From Longimicrobiales bacterium (lineage in GTDB: Bacteria > Gemmatimonadota > Gemmatimonadetes > Longimicrobiales > Gaopeijiaceae): DNA of 64,000 nt. Of this stretch, positions 58,407 through 64,000 are shown piece after piece. The DNA lies in the NCBI GenBank assembly GCA_965238005.1, contig OZ250165.1:3008001-3072000 (forward strand), in the 5' to 3' direction. The translations under genes were made by a program, and so were the position numbers. How positions within the stretch are numbered: the stretch's first letter is position 1; each line of letters begins with the position of its first letter. Below the pieces are notes generated by a model. That model made no database searches and was not told the origin of the DNA. It worked only from the letters and a program-made list of their open reading frames with translations.

Positions 58407-59995
58407 CTAGCCATCTTCGGGATGTTGATGCTGGTTTCAGTGTTTGCCGTCAAGACGCTGTCCCTTGCGATTCTCGCCTGGCGGCAAGCAGCCTTCGTGT
58501 GGGGGCTTCAATCTGATCTTTCCCATCGGCTGTTCGCCGGCTATTTACACCGGCCCTACACGTTTCATATGCAGCGCAATTCAGCGCAGCTGATCCGCAA
58601 CACCATGGGTCAGGTTTCCGAATTCGCAACTGTGCTGCAACAGAGTTTAGTCCTGATGACGGAAGTGTTGGTGGTCCTCGGAATTTCAGCGCTGCTGATC
58701 TCGGTCGAACCTCGTGGTGCATTGGCGGTGATGGGCACTCTCGGGTTCTTCAGTTGGGCATCTTATTATTTGACTCGCCGGCGCCTCCTCCGATGGGGTG
58801 AAGCACACCAGCATCACGAAGGTCTGCGCATACAGCACCTCCAACAGGGCCTGAGCGGCATCAAGGAAGTGAAGCTGTATGCGCGGGAAGACCGTTTTCT
58901 TAGCCAATACCAAGTTCATAATGCCGGTAGCGCGAGGGCCGGGCAGGGGCGGGCGACCCTTCTGGCGTTTCCGCGTCTCTTCTTGGAGTTTATCGCAGTC
59001 GTCGGCCTGGCCGGCCTGGTCCTGGTGATGATCGGACAGGGAAAGTCCCCGGCGGAAGTGGTACCTGCCCTTGCGTTGTTCGCAGCTGCGGCGTTTCGCC
59101 TCATGCCATCCGGGAGCCGCATGATATCTGCGATTCAGAGCATGCGGTTCTTCAGACCTGCGGTTGAGACCCTGTACAGCGAGTTCAGGTTGCTGGATGG
59201 AGCACCAGCCCCAAACAACGGCCATCCCCTACCGTTCAATAGTGCGCTGGAGCTCGACAGGGTCAGCTATAGGTACCCATTGGCAGAAGCTCCCGTCCTG
59301 CGCGACGTGAGTTTTTCCATTGCGCAGGGCACGTCGGTGGGGTTCGTCGGAGAAAGTGGCGCGGGAAAGAGCACTCTGGTGAACCTCATCCTCGGCCTCC
59401 TTTCTCCTGACGTAGGTTCCGTGAGAGCGGACGACGTCGACGTCCAGTCCAATTTGCGGGGATGGCAGCGTCAGATCGGCTACGTTCCGCAGTCCATCTT
59501 CCTGACCGATGATACCCTGCGTCGCAACGTCGCCTTTGGATTGGCCAGTGAAGAAATCGATGAAGTCGCGGTGTGGCAGGCCGTCCGAGCCGCTCAACTG
59601 GAGCGGTTTGTCCTCGACCTACCGTTGGGGCTGGACACCGTGGTCGGCGAGCGAGGCGTTCGGTTATCAGGGGGCCAGCAGCAGCGTATTGGCATTGCTC
59701 GTGCACTCTATCACCAACCGCGCGTGCTGGTTCTGGATGAAGCTACCAGTTCACTGGACACTACCACAGAGCGGGCTGTTATGGCAACCGTGCGGGCCCT
59801 GAAGGGAGAGAAGACGCTCATTATCGTTGCCCATCGCTTCTCGACGGTCGAGCACTGTGACCGGTTGTATCGCTTTGAACAGGGGAGGTTAGTTGAGGAG
59901 GGGCAGGCGGCGATGGTGCTGAGGGGTGCAGCCCAAGGCGGAGGCGAAGAGTGAGGAACGGCATTTTGGCCTCCTCTGAGAATTTACAAGCACGA

Positions 59996-60817
59996 TCATG
60001 GCACCCGTGCCTCCCACAAATCAAACCGTGACGGAGGGCGGCGCCGTTTGAGCCGCGCGACGAGCGGGCGCAACTCATACCAAAGCGGGTAGCGCACTCG
60101 ATGGCGATGCCACGACAAGCCGCCGAAGGCGTTGCGGAGGCGCTGTGGCGTGAGGTATTCGAGAAACGGCAGACCGAGAAGGTCGTCCGCTCGATCACCG
60201 AAGGTTATGGCACCGCTGCGCTGCTTCTCCTCGATCATCGCCTCGCCGGCGCTCGCATTCGCATAAAAGGGTGAGTCCAAGATGGCGATGCGCCCCCCCG
60301 AGGCCACGACTCGGCACGCCTCGCGGATCACGGCGACGAGGTCAAAGGTGTAGTGGAGCGAGGCGTTGAACACCGCAATGTCCACGCTAGCAGCGGCCAG
60401 CGGAATGCCGTCGAACGAAGCAGCCACGCGGCTAAAACGCCTCGGCAGGTGTGAATAGTACGCCTCGCCGGCCGCGAGGCCGTCGATTGCGTCGGTGCGA
60501 ATATCCATCGCGATGGCGCGGTGGCCAGCCCGCACGACCCGGTAGCATAGCCACCCGCTGCCGGCACCCAGGTCGAGTATGGTGACAGGCCGGGAAGCGA
60601 CTTCTTTCGCGCGTTCCTCCAGGATAGTCCGGACAAATCGGTCGAACGTCCGCGCGCGCACGGCCCACTGCTTGGCAAACGGACCAGTAGCAAGGTACGG
60701 GAGCGTCAGCAGTTCGCTGACCTTCTCGATCCCGCGACCTTCGGACGCGCGATGCTCGCCGTACGCCGTTCGGAACCGTCGCAGCCGAGCGGACAGGTTT
60801 GAAACCTCGTTACTCAT
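59996..60817 (-). CDS. Class I SAM-dependent methyltransferase
   Basis: ILDLGAGSGW, VDIAVFNASLHY, RIAILDSP; start at MSNEVS overlapping the upstream stop. Confidence 0.88.
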   Translation of the reverse strand: MSNEVSNLSARLRRFRTAYGEHRASEGRGIEKVSELLTLPYLATGPFAKQWAVRARTFDRFVRTILEERAKEVASRPVTILDLGAGSGWLCYRVVRAGHRAIAMDIRTDAIDGLAAGEAYYSHLPRRFSRVAASFDGIPLAAASVDIAVFNASLHYTFDLVAVIREACRVVASGGRIAILDSPFYANASAGEAMIEEKQRSGAITFGDRADDLLGLPFLEYLTPQRLRNAFGGLSWHRHRVRYPLWYELRPLVARLKRRRPPSRFDLWEARVP

Positions 60818-61679
60818 TGCGGCGCTCGTCACTCTCAACGGGCGCGCTCGTGCGGATGAAGTGCAGCAAGATATGATCGCCAAAGAACGCGAGGGGCGCG
60901 CTGGCGAGGCGGTCCAACGTCTCGAGGGCAGCAAGCAGCCGGGGGTAGGAGGAAATAGTGGGTTCCGCGGTGCTCGGCGGGACAAAGACCCCAATCCCAC
61001 GGGTGCGGACCAGGCGGAAGCAGGGGACGAAGGTCCTTCGGAAATCGCCGAGCGAAGGATATCTCACGGTAAACTTGCGCCCACCGAGCCGTGCCGGGAC
61101 GTCGCCACGGGCAAACCGCCGAAACGCGACGCGACGATTCCCTTGCGCGAGCTGGATCAGGATCTCGCCCACCGCCCAGCGCCCGAAAACCACCAGAAGC
61201 ACCGACGCCCCGGGCTGGAGGAGTGGGGCCAGCCCGCGTGCCACCAGCGCGGGGTTTGGCACACAGTTGAGCGCGGCGAAGTTAGAGTACGCGCCGTCAA
61301 ACGGCGTCCCGCTCCATCGTCTCCCAACCTCGGCGAGCTGCTCTAATACGAGTTCGCGGGTCTCGATCCTGTGTCGCCAGCCCGCCGCGTGAACCTTCTC
61401 CGCGGCGCGAGCCACCATTGCCGGGGAGCCGTCGGTCAGCACCACGTTTCGCCCTCGTGCAGCCAAGAACAACGCGTCGTCACCGGTTCCGCCGCCGAGT
61501 TCCAACAAACGACTGCCCGCGGGGAAAGTTCGAAGCAGTTGACGGCGTACGGCACGCCGTTGAGCCGCAACGCTCCGCCATGCACCGAAGCGATCATCAA
61601 ACTCGTGAGCGCATGCGTCGAAGGCGTGAATGGCCGGGGATCGGCCCGATGCCTGCGCCGGTGCGAAGATGGTCGGCAT
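60810..61679 (-). CDS. Class I SAM-dependent methyltransferase
   Basis: LLELGGGTGDDA, TDGSPAMV, FDGAYSNFAALNC. Confidence 0.88.
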   Translation of the reverse strand: MPTIFAPAQASGRSPAIHAFDACAHEFDDRFGAWRSVAAQRRAVRRQLLRTFPAGSRLLELGGGTGDDALFLAARGRNVVLTDGSPAMVARAAEKVHAAGWRHRIETRELVLEQLAEVGRRWSGTPFDGAYSNFAALNCVPNPALVARGLAPLLQPGASVLLVVFGRWAVGEILIQLAQGNRRVAFRRFARGDVPARLGGRKFTVRYPSLGDFRRTFVPCFRLVRTRGIGVFVPPSTAEPTISSYPRLLAALETLDRLASAPLAFFGDHILLHFIRTSAPVESDERRNE

Positions 61680-61721
61680 GTCAGCCCCGCCCGTCGTCCG
61701 CTCCGGCGGACTGGCGGCTAG

Positions 61722-63322
61722 GAGTCTGCGCCGCAGAACCCTGCGGCGGCTATCTTTGGTGGTAGCGAAGGCATTGGGAAGGCTTGCGGATCACCGAGGG
61801 GGGTGAATGGGAACGACATTTCGACCGTACGATCCGGAGCAGATGTTGTTGCTGCCTCCGGATCTTCGGGAGTGGGTGTCGGAGGGTCATTTGGCGCACC
61901 ATGTGAGCGACCTGGTGGACGCGGTGGAGCTGAGCGCGTTCTACGGGCGGTACCGGGGGGACGGGCGGCGCAACTCGCCGTACGACCCTCGGATGATGGT
62001 CAAGGTGCTGATCTACGCGTATGCGACGGGCACCTTCTCGTCGCGGAAGATGGCGAGGAAGCTGGAGGAGGATGTCGCGTTTCGGATGCTGGCGGCGGAG
62101 AACTTCCCGAAGCACCGGACGCTGTGCGAGTTCCGCAAGCGCCATCTCGGGGATTTCCGGGCGGTGTTTGTGGAGGTGGTGATGCTCGCGCGGGCCTTGG
62201 GGCTGGCGGGGCTTGGCAGGGTGTCGGTGGACGGGACGAAGGTTCGGGCGAACGCGAACAAGCGCAAGGCGATGAGCTACGGCCGGATGGTGACCGGGGA
62301 GCCTCGGCTGGAGGCGGAGATCCGGGGGCTGTTGGAGAGGGCCGAGGCGGTGGACGAAGCGGAAGACGAGCGCTACGGCGAGGAAGCATGCGGAGACGAG
62401 GTGCCGGAGGAGCTCAAGCGGCGCGAGGACCGGCTGGCGGCGATCCGGGAGGCGAAGGCGCGCCTGGAAGCCGAGCAGAGAGCGGCGGACGACGCACGGG
62501 GCCGCAAGCCGGGGCAGACGCGCAACCCGAAGGGCGGCAGGCCCTACAAGCGGGAGTACGGAGAGCCGGACGAGGCGGCGCAGAGCAACTTCACGGACCC
62601 TGAGAGCCGGATCATGAAGACGAGTTCGGAGGGGTTCCAGCAGTGCTACAACGCACAGACGGTCGTGGAGGGGGAGAACCAGCTGGTGGTCGGGGCCGAG
62701 GTGACGGACAACGCGAGCGACCAGGGCCAGCTGGTGCCCATGGTCGACGCGGTGGCGCAAGCGTACGGCGAGACGCCGGCGCAGGTGCTGGCGGACACGG
62801 GCTATTGCAACGAGCGGGATCTCGAGGAACTGGAAGAGCGAGACATCGACGGGTATGTGGCGCTGGCCCGGGAGGGCAAGGCCGCCCCCACGGTTGACAA
62901 GGAGGAATATCCGGCGAAAGTCCGCATGGCGGAGAAGCTGGCGAGCGAAGATGGCCGCAGACGCTACGCACGGCGAAAGTCGCAGGCCGAGGCGCCCATC
63001 GGCTGGATCAAGGAAGTGATGGGCTTTCGACGATTCAGCTTCCGGGGCCTCGAGAAGGTCCGGGCCGAGTGGACCCTCGTGTGCCTGGCACTCAATGTGA
63101 AGCGGCTGCACACCCTTCAGGCGGCATGACTGCACGAGGGTTCACCCGCATCTGCCGGCGCGAGGGCTCTCGTAGCTCTCTTGCCCCCCCAACGCATCCA
63201 TTCCGCTCTCCCGATCCGTCGCAGACACAAGTCCTCAACCTCCCAATCACCCGGATCCGCCTCGCCGCGGACGGCTCGATGACCATTCGGCTCAGTCAGC
63301 TGTGCTTCTGCGGCGCAGACTC
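61722..63322 (+). mobile_element. IS1182-family insertion sequence, copy 3 (1601 bp)
   Basis: Same terminal inverted repeats; CTAG at 61718-61721 and 63323-63326. Confidence 0.92.
61807..63129 (+). CDS. IS1182-family DDE transposase
   Basis: Translation identical to the other two copies. Confidence 0.93.
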   Translation: MGTTFRPYDPEQMLLLPPDLREWVSEGHLAHHVSDLVDAVELSAFYGRYRGDGRRNSPYDPRMMVKVLIYAYATGTFSSRKMARKLEEDVAFRMLAAENFPKHRTLCEFRKRHLGDFRAVFVEVVMLARALGLAGLGRVSVDGTKVRANANKRKAMSYGRMVTGEPRLEAEIRGLLERAEAVDEAEDERYGEEACGDEVPEELKRREDRLAAIREAKARLEAEQRAADDARGRKPGQTRNPKGGRPYKREYGEPDEAAQSNFTDPESRIMKTSSEGFQQCYNAQTVVEGENQLVVGAEVTDNASDQGQLVPMVDAVAQAYGETPAQVLADTGYCNERDLEELEERDIDGYVALAREGKAAPTVDKEEYPAKVRMAEKLASEDGRRRYARRKSQAEAPIGWIKEVMGFRRFSFRGLEKVRAEWTLVCLALNVKRLHTLQAA

Positions 63323-63469
63323 CTAGCTTGTCGTCGGAATTCTTGCTCACGGCGCTCGAGCACCAGCGGCGGCCAACGCTCCGCAGACACGCGGTGTCAT
63401 GAGGTTCACACGGACTGCATCACAAACGGCGTCATGGCATCGCTCAAGGGGACCGTTCCGAGTCGCGGG

Positions 63470-64000
63470 TCATACGTTCGGTGACGAGCGGGACTCGGCC
63501 TCACAGGCCCCGAGCTCGGCCCAGCGAGCTGTGAGGCTGGCCCCGGAGAACCCCGCCTCCGACATTGGGAGACGTACCTCATCGTGGAGGAGGTTACGGA
63601 CGGATTTGTAGAAGTCGGTCGTGTAGGTGCCCTCGAAGATCATCGCGAGGTCGTCGCTGTCCATCCAATTCGTCTTGTGGCTGAGTTGCTCCTTCACCAT
63701 TTCGTAGAACTTCGTCCCGGGCAGCGGATAGGAGACCGAGACCCCGATGTCATCCGGTCTCTCATCGAGGATGAGATCCCGCGTGAGGAGAATGTCATCC
63801 CACTCTTCGCCGAGATAACCCAGCTGCATGAACCAGCAGGTCCGAACCCCATGCTCCTTCAAAGTACGGGTGGCCTCCCGGACGCCATCGATACTCGTAC
63901 CCTTTTCCATGTTGTCGAGGACCTTCTGCGACCCTGACTCCACCCCCAGCCACACCTCCTCGGCACCCGCCTTGGCTAGCGCTTTCACCACACGTGGCTT
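63470..64000 (-). CDS. C-terminal part of a radical SAM enzyme, probably B12-binding type (runs off window)
   Basis: AGAEEVWLGVESGSQKVLDNMEKG, FMQLGYLGE, SVSYPLPGTKFY; CxxxCxxC motif lies outside the window. Confidence 0.8.
   Translation of the reverse strand, partial: KPRVVKALAKAGAEEVWLGVESGSQKVLDNMEKGTSIDGVREATRTLKEHGVRTCWFMQLGYLGEEWDDILLTRDLILDERPDDIGVSVSYPLPGTKFYEMVKEQLSHKTNWMDSDDLAMIFEGTYTTDFYKSVRNLLHDEVRLPMSEAGFSGASLTARWAELGACEAESRSSPNV

Larger units (their letters stand above)
56583..59954 (+). pseudogene. ABC exporter (permease + ATPase, PglK/HepA-like) interrupted by IS1182 copy 2
   Basis: Removing the IS and one CTAG restores ..NPSQEE-LA-IFGML.. in frame (589 codons); GESGAGKST, LSGGQQQR, LDEATSSLD. 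Confidence 0.88.

Noticed and set aside
56806..63322. Composite transposon formed by IS copies 2 and 3
   Set aside because: Each copy has its own restorable empty site and the ABC gene is continuous across copy 2, so these are independent insertions
1..64000. tRNA, rRNA or riboswitch genes
   Set aside because: No cloverleaf or conserved rRNA/riboswitch motif recognised by eye; an Infernal/Rfam scan would be needed to exclude them

Overview
High-GC bacterial DNA, probably Gemmatimonadota-like; this is inferred from gene content (PadR/ADOP permease pair, LVIVD proteins, M6 protease, homodimeric GlyRS), not from a marker gene. 1-22.8 kb is a mostly minus-strand housekeeping block (ECF sigma, HNH, priA, M24 peptidase, CcmH-like, HDAC-like, carB, MetS-like small protein, M6 protease, HD hydrolase, nth, NSS transporter, glyQS, nfuA). 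22.8-43.2 kb is an accessory mosaic ending in a decayed partial copy of nfuA. It holds intact cargo (PadR-ADOP, LVIVD, ThDP enzyme, TctCBA, M28, an AT-rich S9 peptidase), many gene fragments and several IS91/ISCR-like remnants. It also holds a 43-bp DNA-methyltransferase motif wedged between perfect 20-bp direct repeats. 43-56 kb carries amidohydrolases, a cyclase, an acyl-CoA synthetase, an SSS symporter and a copper module. That module has a multicopper oxidase lacking 3 of 8 trinuclear-cluster His and a predicted beta-barrel/cupredoxin fusion. 56-64 kb is an ABC exporter/methyltransferase/radical SAM cluster hit twice by an IS1182-family element; three near-identical copies occur in the window, all at CTAG. 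I found no rRNA, tRNA or CRISPR array. All family calls come from motif recognition by eye; no database searches were run.
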